From contig CAMASG010000003.1 of assembly GCA_945860945.1 (NCBI GenBank), forward strand, positions 624 to 64,623: 64,000 nt of DNA, read 5' to 3'. This DNA comes from Akkermansia muciniphila (GTDB lineage: Bacteria > Verrucomicrobiota > Verrucomicrobiia > Limisphaerales > SIAT01). Position numbers and translations under genes: made by a program. This document shows, one piece after another, positions 43,763 to 52,496 of the stretch (position 1 is the first letter of the stretch; every line of letters begins with the position of its first letter). Under the pieces are notes generated by a model. That model had not been told where the DNA came from and made no database searches. It worked only from the letters and a program-made list of their open reading frames with translations.

Positions 43763-45262
43763 ATGACTAACGAACCTCAAAATCAGGGTGAACAGTGGCT
43801 CAAAGCCTACGCGCAACAGCGCCGAGCCGAGGCTGCGCAGAGCAAGCCCGAGCTGCATCCCGCCACGCGCCGCCTGCTGCAGTCCGAAGTTGCGCGCACC
43901 CACCTTGCGAAGGACGCCGCCTTCGCCACTTCCACCGCGAGCGCCGCGGTGCCAATGGAGAGCGGCGGGTTGTTTGGTCGATGGGCATTCAACGCGCTTG
44001 CGCTGGCTGCGGTGGGGGTTGTCGCCGCCGTGCTCGGTGTCATTATCAGTGACGCGCCGCGCACCAAGCCTGCCCAGTTTGCTGGCACACCGAAGCCTGT
44101 TGGTGAGATTTTAAAATTGGAGAAATCTTCGGAAACCGAGAGCGTTCTCACGTGGACTATTCCGACGCGGAAAGCGGCCGGTGAATCCACACTCGCCAAC
44201 ACCGTCGCGACTGCGACACCAGCGGCTAACGCGCCGATCGCTCCGACTGCGCCGCCGAAACTGGATGGCGTGGCCTCCGCGGGAGCGGGCGGTGGCGCCG
44301 CGTCCAGTTTGGCAAAAGCGTCCGCGCAGCCAACCGAGTCCGCATCTGCCCCGGCGCCGGCCGACAGCAGTTCCACCAGTAATCCGAAGGTGCGTCTGAC
44401 GAGTCGCGCCGCTATGCGCAGCGCGACCGGCGAACCGCTCGCGACTGCTTCGGGTAAATTGGATAAAGCACCGTCGGCCGTTGCGACTTCGGTGGCCGTC
44501 AAAGAAAAAGAAAGCGCGACGAAGGCGGACGCACTCATTGAGCCGAACAAAAATTTGATGGCCGCGAAGAAAGCCGCTGCGCTGGGCGGATCGATTACGC
44601 CGGTTGCGCCGGCAGCGTCCAGTCCGGTTCAGGCGGGTCTTGTCGCGGGCCTCGCGGAGTCGAAACAGAAGTTGGGGGAGGCGAACGCAGAGGGGCAGGC
44701 GATGTCGCGCTTGCAACAGAATTTCTCGCAGTCAGCCCCGCGGGATCAGGCTTATCGGCGCAACCTGAACGCGCCGGGCGAGCCGCGTGTGCTAGTGAAT
44801 TTTCAACTCGAGCGCGAAGGTAATGTGGTGCGCGTAGTGGATGGAGATGGCTCGATCTATCTCGGCAACGTGGCTGGTGAGGTGGGGCGCAAGCTCGCGC
44901 CCGACACTCGGCGCAAAGATGTTCAGAATGTGCCGGCCAAACGCGAGGAGTTGGATCGCGCGTTGCAGTTGGACCAAGAGCAGGCCAAGTCGTTGAACGA
45001 CGGGTTCAATTTCCAAGTCGTCGGAACGAACCGCAGCCTGCGCCAGCGCGTGGTGTTCGAGGGGAATTATCAGAATTATCAAACCCAGGGGCTGGAGCTG
45101 AAAGGCGCGGCGTTCAAGGACACGACGAATCAGTTGTCGCGTTCAAACAAAGATGCCAAGCAGCAATCGCAGCAATCGCCTGTGGGCGCGCCGCGAGTGC
45201 AGGGGCGTGCGGTGATTGGCGGCAATCGCATCGAGGTGGACGCCGTGCCGGTCAGCAAGTAA
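43763..45262 (+). CDS. single-pass membrane protein in anti-sigma position (non-zinc type), with a large extracytoplasmic region
   Basis: 499 aa starting 7 nt after the sigma stop. A short N-terminal cytoplasmic segment is followed by one TM helix (WAFNALALAAVGVVAAVLGVIIS). An Ala/Ser/Pro-rich stretch of about 250 aa comes next. A structured C-terminal part follows (VLVNFQLEREGNVVRVVDGDGSIYLGNV...FNFQVVGTN...VQGRAVIGGNRIEVDAVPVSK). There is no HxxxCxxC motif. Confidence 0.6.
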   Translation: MTNEPQNQGEQWLKAYAQQRRAEAAQSKPELHPATRRLLQSEVARTHLAKDAAFATSTASAAVPMESGGLFGRWAFNALALAAVGVVAAVLGVIISDAPRTKPAQFAGTPKPVGEILKLEKSSETESVLTWTIPTRKAAGESTLANTVATATPAANAPIAPTAPPKLDGVASAGAGGGAASSLAKASAQPTESASAPAPADSSSTSNPKVRLTSRAAMRSATGEPLATASGKLDKAPSAVATSVAVKEKESATKADALIEPNKNLMAAKKAAALGGSITPVAPAASSPVQAGLVAGLAESKQKLGEANAEGQAMSRLQQNFSQSAPRDQAYRRNLNAPGEPRVLVNFQLEREGNVVRVVDGDGSIYLGNVAGEVGRKLAPDTRRKDVQNVPAKREELDRALQLDQEQAKSLNDGFNFQVVGTNRSLRQRVVFEGNYQNYQTQGLELKGAAFKDTTNQLSRSNKDAKQQSQQSPVGAPRVQGRAVIGGNRIEVDAVPVSK

Positions 45263-46430
45263 CGGCGGTCGTCTGCAGGTGTTTCAAAATCTTCCGATGC
45301 GCACTGGTGAAGGCCAGCGCGTGCAACTCTTCCACGGTCAGCCAGCGTCCGGCATTTTTCGCCGCGTTACTTTTCCCTGTCCATCGTGCGCGGTGCGCCT
45401 CGAGTGTGATGCGGTAGCGCGTGATTGAGTGGCGCATGGTGATGAGCGGCGCGAAATTCGTGAGAGGGAGACCGAGTTGTTCGCGGGCGAATTGCGCGAG
45501 TGAATCACGAGAGTCGGCGTGCGTGATGGCGGCGGGATTGTGGCCGACTTCGGCGTTCGGGAATTCCCAGAGATGTGCGTTCACCGCGGCAGTCGGGCGC
45601 TGTCGGACGAGAAGCCGGCCGTTGTGTTCGATGACGAAGGCGATGACTCGCCGCGCTGTGGCTTTCGTGCGCGGACGGAGGTTCGGTAACTCTGCGGCGC
45701 GACCTGCGCGGTGCGCGGCACAGTCGAGTTGCACGGGACATTCCCCACAATGCGGGTTCTGCGGCGTGCAAATGAGCGCGCCCAATTCCATGAGCGATTG
45801 GTTCAAGTGCGAGCAACGCGGCAGGTTGTCTGCGCACTGTTCTGGAAGGTTGTGAGCTGTTTCGACGAGTTCGCGCGCGAGCGTCCAGAGTTGTTCGTTG
45901 ACTGCTTTTTTCTTCGGGTTCGCGGCGATGTCGAAGAGGCGTGTGATGACGCGGATGACGTTGCCATCGAGAATCGGTGCGGGTTGATTGAAGGCGATGC
46001 TGCTGATGGCGCCAGCGGTGTAGCGACCCACGCCAGGCAGGGTGAGAATGGCGTCGAAGGTTTCTGGGAAACGGCCGTTGTGTTGCGTCGTGATCAACTG
46101 CGCAGCGCGTTGCAGGTTCCTCGCGCGAGTGTAGTAGCCGAGGCCTTCCCAGAGTTTGAGCACCGTTTGAGGCGCGGCCGCGGCGAGGGATTTCACGTTC
46201 GGTAGCGCTGTCATCCAGCGGTTCCAATACGGGATGACGGTTTTCACCTGCGTCTGCTGGAGCATGATTTCGGAAATCCAAATGGCGTACGGATCGCGGG
46301 TGCGGCGCCACGGGAGATCGCGCGCGCTGGTGGCGAACCACGCGAGCAACGCGGAGACCAGTCGCTGACTCTTAGATTTACTGGGCGAGGCGGTCGCTGG
46401 TGTGACTCCGCCTGTTTTTCCACTGCGCAC
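45252..46430 (-). CDS. mutY: A/G-specific adenine DNA glycosylase
   Basis: 392 aa. It has YAIWISEIMLQQTQV, the HhH-GPD motif LPGVGRYTAGAISSIAF, and a 4Fe-4S cluster C-x6-C-x2-C-x5-C (CTPQNPHCGECPVQLDC). A C-terminal NUDIX-like domain is present. Confidence 0.9.
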   Translation of the reverse strand: MRSGKTGGVTPATASPSKSKSQRLVSALLAWFATSARDLPWRRTRDPYAIWISEIMLQQTQVKTVIPYWNRWMTALPNVKSLAAAAPQTVLKLWEGLGYYTRARNLQRAAQLITTQHNGRFPETFDAILTLPGVGRYTAGAISSIAFNQPAPILDGNVIRVITRLFDIAANPKKKAVNEQLWTLARELVETAHNLPEQCADNLPRCSHLNQSLMELGALICTPQNPHCGECPVQLDCAAHRAGRAAELPNLRPRTKATARRVIAFVIEHNGRLLVRQRPTAAVNAHLWEFPNAEVGHNPAAITHADSRDSLAQFAREQLGLPLTNFAPLITMRHSITRYRITLEAHRARWTGKSNAAKNAGRWLTVEELHALAFTSAHRKILKHLQTTAVTC

Positions 46431-46473
46431 GGTTGCGGAGAATAGGGGAAGCGCCTACGATGGCACGCACTTT

Positions 46474-47439
46474 GTGAAACCGCTGACTTTATACACAGGC
46501 AAGCTGACGGACGCCCAAGCGGGCGAGTTGGAGGCGCTGCTGCGCGATCGCGGTTGGGAGTTTCGCGCGATGCCGTATGCGCGGTTCGCCGCGAAGAAGG
46601 ATGGGGTGGGCGTGGTCTTTTACGAGAGCGGCAAGCTGGTGGCGCAGGGGAAGGGGACGGCTGAGTTTATCGAATTCACGTTGGAGCCGGAGATCCTCAA
46701 GCGCGCGGAGTTGGGCTACGAGGAGGTGTTGCATCCGGAGATGTTCACGCCGCGTATCGGTGTGGATGAATCGGGCAAGGGCGATTTCTTCGGGCCGCTG
46801 TGCGTCGCTGCTGTGTATGTGAACGAGGCGGTGGTGCGGGCGTGGAAGGACGCGGGTATCCAGGATTCGAAGAACATCGGGAGCGACCGGCGCATCGCGG
46901 AGTTGGCGGAGCTGATCCGCGACACGCCCGGCTGCGAATGCGAGGTGCTGGCGCTGGGCGGGACGAATTACAACCAGCGTTACGCCGAGGAGCGCAGTTT
47001 GAATCCACTTCTGGCGAAAGGCCACGTCAGCTCCATCCTCGGTCTGCTCGGGCCTTCACGCCGATTGGTGCCGCCGCCGGAGCATGCGATTGTTGACCAG
47101 TTCGCCGCGACGGAGACGACGATTGCACGCGCGGCGAAGGCGCGTGGGGTCAAGCTGAAGATTATCCAACGGCACAAGGCGGAGAGTGACGTGGCAGTAG
47201 CGGCGGCGTCGATTTTGGCTCGGAACGAGTTTGTTATGGGATTGGCGAAGCTGAAGAAGGAGTACGGGGTGGAATTCCCGAAAGGAGCGTCGGCTGCGGT
47301 GGACGCGGCGGCGAAAGCATTCTTCGAGCGTCATGGCGCGTCGGTTTTGGCTCGCGTGGGGAAGATGCACTTTCGCACCGCGCTCCGAGCGCAGGGATTG
47401 CCGGAGCCGCCCAAAGTGGAGTGGAAGGGCAAGCGTTGA
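46474..47439 (+). CDS. rnhC: ribonuclease HIII
   Basis: ORF 46402..47439, whose GTG 46402 would overlap the divergent mutY start; I prefer GTG 46474. It has an N-terminal TBP-like domain (YARFAAKKDGVGVVFYESGKLVAQGKG) and the RNase HII/HIII catalytic GVDESGKGDFFGP and IQDSKN. Confidence 0.8.
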   Translation: MKPLTLYTGKLTDAQAGELEALLRDRGWEFRAMPYARFAAKKDGVGVVFYESGKLVAQGKGTAEFIEFTLEPEILKRAELGYEEVLHPEMFTPRIGVDESGKGDFFGPLCVAAVYVNEAVVRAWKDAGIQDSKNIGSDRRIAELAELIRDTPGCECEVLALGGTNYNQRYAEERSLNPLLAKGHVSSILGLLGPSRRLVPPPEHAIVDQFAATETTIARAAKARGVKLKIIQRHKAESDVAVAAASILARNEFVMGLAKLKKEYGVEFPKGASAAVDAAAKAFFERHGASVLARVGKMHFRTALRAQGLPEPPKVEWKGKR

Positions 47440-47460
47440 ACACTTTTCTTAAAAAAGATA

Positions 47461-47488
47461 TTGACGGCGGTAGCCGACCAGCTAATTT
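47461..47488 (+). promoter_or_regulatory. candidate sigma-70 promoter for the tRNA-Thr/tuf transcription unit
   Basis: TTGACG, a 16-nt spacer, then TAATTT, preceded by an A-rich tract (CTTAAAAAAGATA). It lies about 135 nt upstream of tRNA-Thr. Confidence 0.35.
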
Positions 47489-47621
47489 CACGCCCGTCAG
47501 TTGTAGTGCGTAGCGCGGTAGAAAATTAAAAAGAACCTCGGGTCTGTGGTCTTCGAAAAAAGAAGATGAGCGGGCCTTCGGGGTTTTTTGTCCCTTTGAA
47601 AAGGGATTGAAATTAGCCGAT

Positions 47622-47694
47622 GCCCATGTAGCTCAGTTGGTAGAGCACGTCCTTGGTAAGGACGAGGTCATCAGTTCAAGCCTGATCATGGGCT
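47622..47694 (+). tRNA. tRNA-Thr (anticodon GGT)
   Basis: Manual cloverleaf: acceptor GCCCATG/CATGGGC, D-arm GCTC-AGTTGGTA-GAGC, anticodon arm CGTCC-TTGGTAA-GGACG, T-arm ATCAG-TTCAAGC-CTGAT. CCA is encoded at 47695-47697. Confidence 0.9.
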
Positions 47695-47749
47695 CCATTT
47701 GTGTAGTGGTGAGATAGAAAACAACAAAACTAGGAAATAGGAAAACGTC

Positions 47750-48940
<1,191 letters not shown>

Positions 48941-48958
48941 TTCAAGGAAAAATTGTTC

Positions 48959-48993
48959 GGGCGCGGAGGCGCGAAACCTCCGCCCCGATTTTT
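48959..48993 (+). terminator. Rho-independent terminator/attenuator after tuf
   Basis: GC-rich imperfect hairpin GGGCGCGGAGG-CGCGAAA-CCTCCGCCCCG followed by ATTTTT. Confidence 0.5.
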
Positions 48994-49045
48994 CGTCTAA
49001 AACAAACAGACACGAAACCAACAGGACCTCCGTCAGTGACAGGCA

Positions 49046-49118
49046 ACGGCGTTAGCTCAATTGGCAGAGTAGCGGTCTCCAAAACCGTTGGTTGGGGGTT
49101 CGACTCCCTCACGCCGTG
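49046..49118 (+). tRNA. tRNA-Trp (anticodon CCA)
   Basis: Manual cloverleaf: acceptor ACGGCGT/ACGCCGT, anticodon arm GCGGT-CTCCAAA-ACCGT, T-arm GGGGG-TTCGACT-CCCTC. CCA is encoded at 49119-49121. This is the classical position between tuf and secE. Confidence 0.85.
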
Positions 49119-49137
49119 CCAATCACAATTCACCCAC

Positions 49138-49224
49138 GGAGGGGTGGCAGAGTGGTCTAATGCGGCGGTCTTGAAAACCGCTGTGGGCTAACGCTCACCG
49201 GGGGTTCGAATCCCTCCCCCTCCG
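49138..49224 (+). tRNA. tRNA-Ser (anticodon TGA), class II with a long variable arm
   Basis: Acceptor GGAGGGG/CCCCTCC, anticodon arm GCGGT-CTTGAAA-ACCGC, variable stem GTGGGC/GCTCAC, T-arm GGGGG-TTCGAAT-CCCTC. CCA is encoded at 49225-49227. Confidence 0.8.
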
Positions 49225-49236
49225 CCAAACGCGAAA

Positions 49237-49515
49237 ATGGAAACGCTTAGCAAATACAGCACGTACCTCTGGGTCGCGGCACTCGCGACCGGGTTCGGAA
49301 TTCTTTGGCGGATGGGTTATCTCACCCGCGTGCGCGACTTCGTGCTCGAAACCCGTGAAGAGCTTCGCAAGTGCTCGTGGCCGACGATGGAAGAACTGAA
49401 GGACCACACTGTCGTCGTACTATTCACCATCCTGCTCCTCGGTGCTTTCACCGTGCTGGCCGACCTACTCGTGCGCTTCGGCGTGTGGGATTTGTTGCTC
49501 GGCGCTAACCTTTGA
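49237..49515 (+). CDS. secE: preprotein translocase subunit SecE
   Basis: 92 aa. It has the conserved R-x-E-L-x-K-x-x-W-P segment (TREELRKCSWPTMEEL) followed by a TM helix, and sits directly upstream of nusG. Confidence 0.85.
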   Translation: METLSKYSTYLWVAALATGFGILWRMGYLTRVRDFVLETREELRKCSWPTMEELKDHTVVVLFTILLLGAFTVLADLLVRFGVWDLLLGANL

Positions 49516-49529
49516 CCGCACCCATTCCT

Positions 49530-50078
49530 ATGCATAGCCAATGGTTTGTCATTCACACGCTTGCCGGTCAGGAGCAGAAGGTCAAAGACAGCATCGAGAA
49601 GCGTCTCAAGGCTGAGGAGATGGGCGAGTACATCAAGGAAGTCCTCGTGCCGATGGAGAAGGTGGCCGAGGTGCGTGCCGGCAAAAAGACCGTCACCAAC
49701 CGCAAACTTTATCCGGGTTACGTTTTCATCGACATCGCGCTGCTGGACGAGAACAAGCGCATCATCGAGAAGCCGTGGTATTTTATTCGCGAGACGCAGG
49801 GCATCATCGGTTTCGTCGGTGGCGACCGTCCTTCTCCGACATCGGAAGATGAGATGGCCAGCATCAAGGCGCAGATCGCCGAGAGCGATGAGGGCGAGAA
49901 GCCCAAGATGCATTTTGCTGTGGGCGAAAACGTCAAGATCAACGACGGCCCCTTCATCAGTTTCAGCGGCCTCATCGAGGAGATCGATCCCGAGAAGGGC
50001 AAGCTCAAGGTTTCAGTCAACATTTTCGGCCGCAATACGCCGGTCGAGCTCGAGTACTGGCAGATCGAGAAAGCTTAA
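49530..50078 (+). CDS. nusG: transcription termination/antitermination factor NusG
   Basis: ORF 49512..50078 (TTG start). ATG 49530 gives MHSQWFVIHTLAGQEQKVK, the typical NusG N-terminus. A KOW motif lies near the C-terminus (GENVKINDGPFISFSGLIEEID). Confidence 0.92.
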   Translation: MHSQWFVIHTLAGQEQKVKDSIEKRLKAEEMGEYIKEVLVPMEKVAEVRAGKKTVTNRKLYPGYVFIDIALLDENKRIIEKPWYFIRETQGIIGFVGGDRPSPTSEDEMASIKAQIAESDEGEKPKMHFAVGENVKINDGPFISFSGLIEEIDPEKGKLKVSVNIFGRNTPVELEYWQIEKA

Positions 50079-50090
50079 GGAAACGTTGTT

Positions 50091-50516
50091 ATGGCTAAGA
50101 AGAAAATCGGCGAAATCAAACTTCAGATCCCAGCTGGGCAGGCGAACCCCGCCCCGCCGGTCGGCCCCGCGCTCGGTCAGCACGGCGTCAACATCATGGC
50201 GTTCTGCAAAGAGTTCAATGCCCGCACGAAGGATCAGGCTGGCCTGATCATCCCGGCCGTTATCTCTGTCTATCAGGACAAGTCCTTCACCTTCATCACC
50301 AAGAGCCCGCCGGCAGCGGTTTTGCTCAAGAAAGCCGCGGGCATTGCTTCCGGCTCCAAGACGCCGAACAAGGAAAAGGTCGGCACGGTGACCCGCAAGC
50401 AGGTGCTCGACATCGTCAAGATCAAGCTCGCGGACATGAATTCCACGAACGAGGAGGCCGCCTTCCGCGTCATCTCCGGCACCGCCCGCAGCATGGGCAT
50501 CGTAGTTCTCGACTAG
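50091..50516 (+). CDS. rplK: 50S ribosomal protein L11
   Basis: 141 aa with [35 protein letters not shown]. Confidence 0.97.
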   Translation: MAKKKIGEIKLQIPAGQANPAPPVGPALGQHGVNIMAFCKEFNARTKDQAGLIIPAVISVYQDKSFTFITKSPPAAVLLKKAAGIASGSKTPNKEKVGTVTRKQVLDIVKIKLADMNSTNEEAAFRVISGTARSMGIVVLD

Positions 50517-50574
50517 TAAGTAAACAAAACCGCGGGAGGGCCGTCAAAAAGCCCGATTGCACCGCACCCATACA

Positions 50575-51267
50575 ATGCCAAGCAAACGCTACAAAAAAGC
50601 CCTCGAGTTGGTGGACAGCTCGAAGCACTATCCGATTACCGACGCCGTCGCCCTGCTCGGCAAGTTCCCGAAGACGAAATTCAACGAGACCGTTGACCTC
50701 GCCTTCCGTCTCGGCGTGGACCCGAAGCACTCGGACCAGATGGTCCGCGGCACCGTTCCGCTCCCTCACGGCAGCGGCAAGAACGTGCGCGTGCTCGTCT
50801 TCGCGAAAGCTGCAGCAGCGGATGCCGCCACGGCCGCCGGCGCTGAATTCGTCGGCTTCGAGGACATGATCAAGAAGTGCGCCGACGGCTGGACTGATTT
50901 TGATATCGCCATCGCCACGCCCGACGCGATGGTCGAGGTGCGTAAACTCGGCAAGGTGCTCGGACCTCGCGGTCTGATGCCCAACCCGAAGACCGGCACC
51001 GTGACCGAAGACACCGCCAAGGCTGTGAGAGAAGTTAAGGCCGGCCGCGTTGAATTCAAGGTGGACAAGGCCGGCAACATCCACGTGCCCGTCGGCAAGG
51101 TCAGCTTCACCCCCGTGCAAATCGAGGAGAACGCGCTCGCGGTGATCGAGGCCATTGCCAAAGCCCGTCCCTCGAGCGTCAAGGGCGTGTTCATCAGGAA
51201 CTGCGCCATCTCGGCCACGATGAGCCCCGCCGTTCGCGTGGACACGCGCGCGTACCAAACCACTTAA
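50575..51267 (+). CDS. rplA: 50S ribosomal protein L1
   Basis: ORF 50557..51267; ATG 50575 gives MPSKRYKKALELVD. It has FNETVDLAFRLGVDP and GPRGLMPNPKTGTV. Confidence 0.95.
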   Translation: MPSKRYKKALELVDSSKHYPITDAVALLGKFPKTKFNETVDLAFRLGVDPKHSDQMVRGTVPLPHGSGKNVRVLVFAKAAAADAATAAGAEFVGFEDMIKKCADGWTDFDIAIATPDAMVEVRKLGKVLGPRGLMPNPKTGTVTEDTAKAVREVKAGRVEFKVDKAGNIHVPVGKVSFTPVQIEENALAVIEAIAKARPSSVKGVFIRNCAISATMSPAVRVDTRAYQTT

Positions 51268-51287
51268 TCCGAACTGGAGACACTCTC

Positions 51288-51773
51288 ATGCGCGCCGAAA
51301 AGAAACTCATCACCACCGAATACGTCGCCCGGCTTAATGCCTCGCCGTTTTTCATCATCACCGATTACACCGGCCTGACGGTCGGCCAGTTCACCGAGCT
51401 TCGCAAACGCCTCATCAAGGCTGGTGCTGAAGTTCACGTCGTGAAGAATTCCATCTTCCGCGTGGCCGCCAAAGAGGCGGGCATTGGTGAATTGAATGAC
51501 TCTCTCGCCGGCCAGGTTGCCGTCGTCACCGGCAAGAAGGATTTCTTCGCTGCCGCGAAGGCCGTCAAGACCTTCCAATCCGAGTTCGATAAGCCGAAGA
51601 TCAAGTTCGGTTATCTCGGTAACCAGCGCCTCGAACAGCCGGAGGTTATCGCTTACGCTGATCTCCCCACCCTCGATCAGCTTCGCGGCAAGCTGCTGGG
51701 TCTCTTTCAGGCTCCCGCTGCCCAGCTCGCCCGCGTGCTACAGGCCCGCGTGGACAAAGAGCCGGCGCAGTAA
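51288..51773 (+). CDS. rplJ: 50S ribosomal protein L10
   Basis: 161 aa. A typical L10 N-terminal domain ([21 protein letters not shown]) in the position between rplA and rplL. Confidence 0.9.
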   Translation: MRAEKKLITTEYVARLNASPFFIITDYTGLTVGQFTELRKRLIKAGAEVHVVKNSIFRVAAKEAGIGELNDSLAGQVAVVTGKKDFFAAAKAVKTFQSEFDKPKIKFGYLGNQRLEQPEVIAYADLPTLDQLRGKLLGLFQAPAAQLARVLQARVDKEPAQ

Positions 51774-51904
51774 ACCAAACCAATTTCGGGACTGCCTTGG
51801 ATGGCGGTGTCGGAGAAACCAAACAACAACAAACAGTAAATCGTCGGTCCACGGGCAGTGGACCAATTCGCCGCGGCCGCGGTGACGACGAGACGAAAGA
51901 TAAT

Positions 51905-52279
51905 ATGTCTGACATCGCAAAACTGGTAGAAGAACTGAGCAAGTTGACCGTCCTCGAGACCGTGGACTTGGTGAAACAGCTTGAGACAAAGTGGGGCGTT
52001 TCCGCCGCTGCGCCGGTCGCTGCCGCCGCCGCTGGTGCCGCCGCTCCTGCCGCTGAAGTCAAGGACACGTTCGACGTGATTCTCGTCTCTGTGCCGGCGG
52101 ACAAGAAGATTTCCGTAATCAAAGCCGTCCGCGAGGTCAAGGCCGGACTCGGTCTTGCCGAGGCGAAAGCCCTCGTCGAGGGCGCGCCCAAGCCGATCCT
52201 CGAAGGCGCGAAGAAGGACGAATCCGACGCCGCCAAGAAGAAGCTCGAGGAAGCGGGCGCGAAGGTCGAACTCAAGTAG
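51905..52279 (+). CDS. rplL: 50S ribosomal protein L7/L12
   Basis: ORF 51797..52279; ATG 51905 gives [18 protein letters not shown]. It has an Ala-rich hinge and [25 protein letters not shown]. Confidence 0.95.
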   Translation: MSDIAKLVEELSKLTVLETVDLVKQLETKWGVSAAAPVAAAAAGAAAPAAEVKDTFDVILVSVPADKKISVIKAVREVKAGLGLAEAKALVEGAPKPILEGAKKDESDAAKKKLEEAGAKVELK

Positions 52280-52295
52280 TTTTGGAGTGAAGGCT

Positions 52296-52324
52296 GGGTG
52301 GCGGGCGTCTTGCGCCCGCCACCC
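52296..52324 (+). promoter_or_regulatory. stable hairpin between rplL and rpoB (attenuator-like, no U-tract)
   Basis: A perfect 12-bp stem GGGTGGCGGGCG / CGCCCGCCACCC with loop TCTTG, 17 nt after the rplL stop. It is positionally analogous to the rplL-rpoB attenuator known in E. coli. Confidence 0.4.
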
Positions 52325-52496
52325 GGAACTTCCTCGCCGTTTGCGAGGAGGGGGAACGGCCAAGAGCGTTCCTGTGTTTTAGAAAATTTGTTTTGGCGGT
52401 GACTGTTCTGGAAGGAAGCCGGAACAGCAGCCGTCTTGTCGACTGTAGAAAAGAGAGCCCGGCAGGTGGCCGAGCGGGAGCCCGAAAAAGGTCAAT

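Noticed and set aside
50517-50574. Possible L1-binding autoregulatory mimic between rplK and rplA (…GCGGGAGGGCCGTCAAAAAGCCCG…)
   Set aside because: It contains a GGGAG-like element and a small stem, but I cannot verify resemblance to the 23S rRNA L1 site without an alignment or covariance model.
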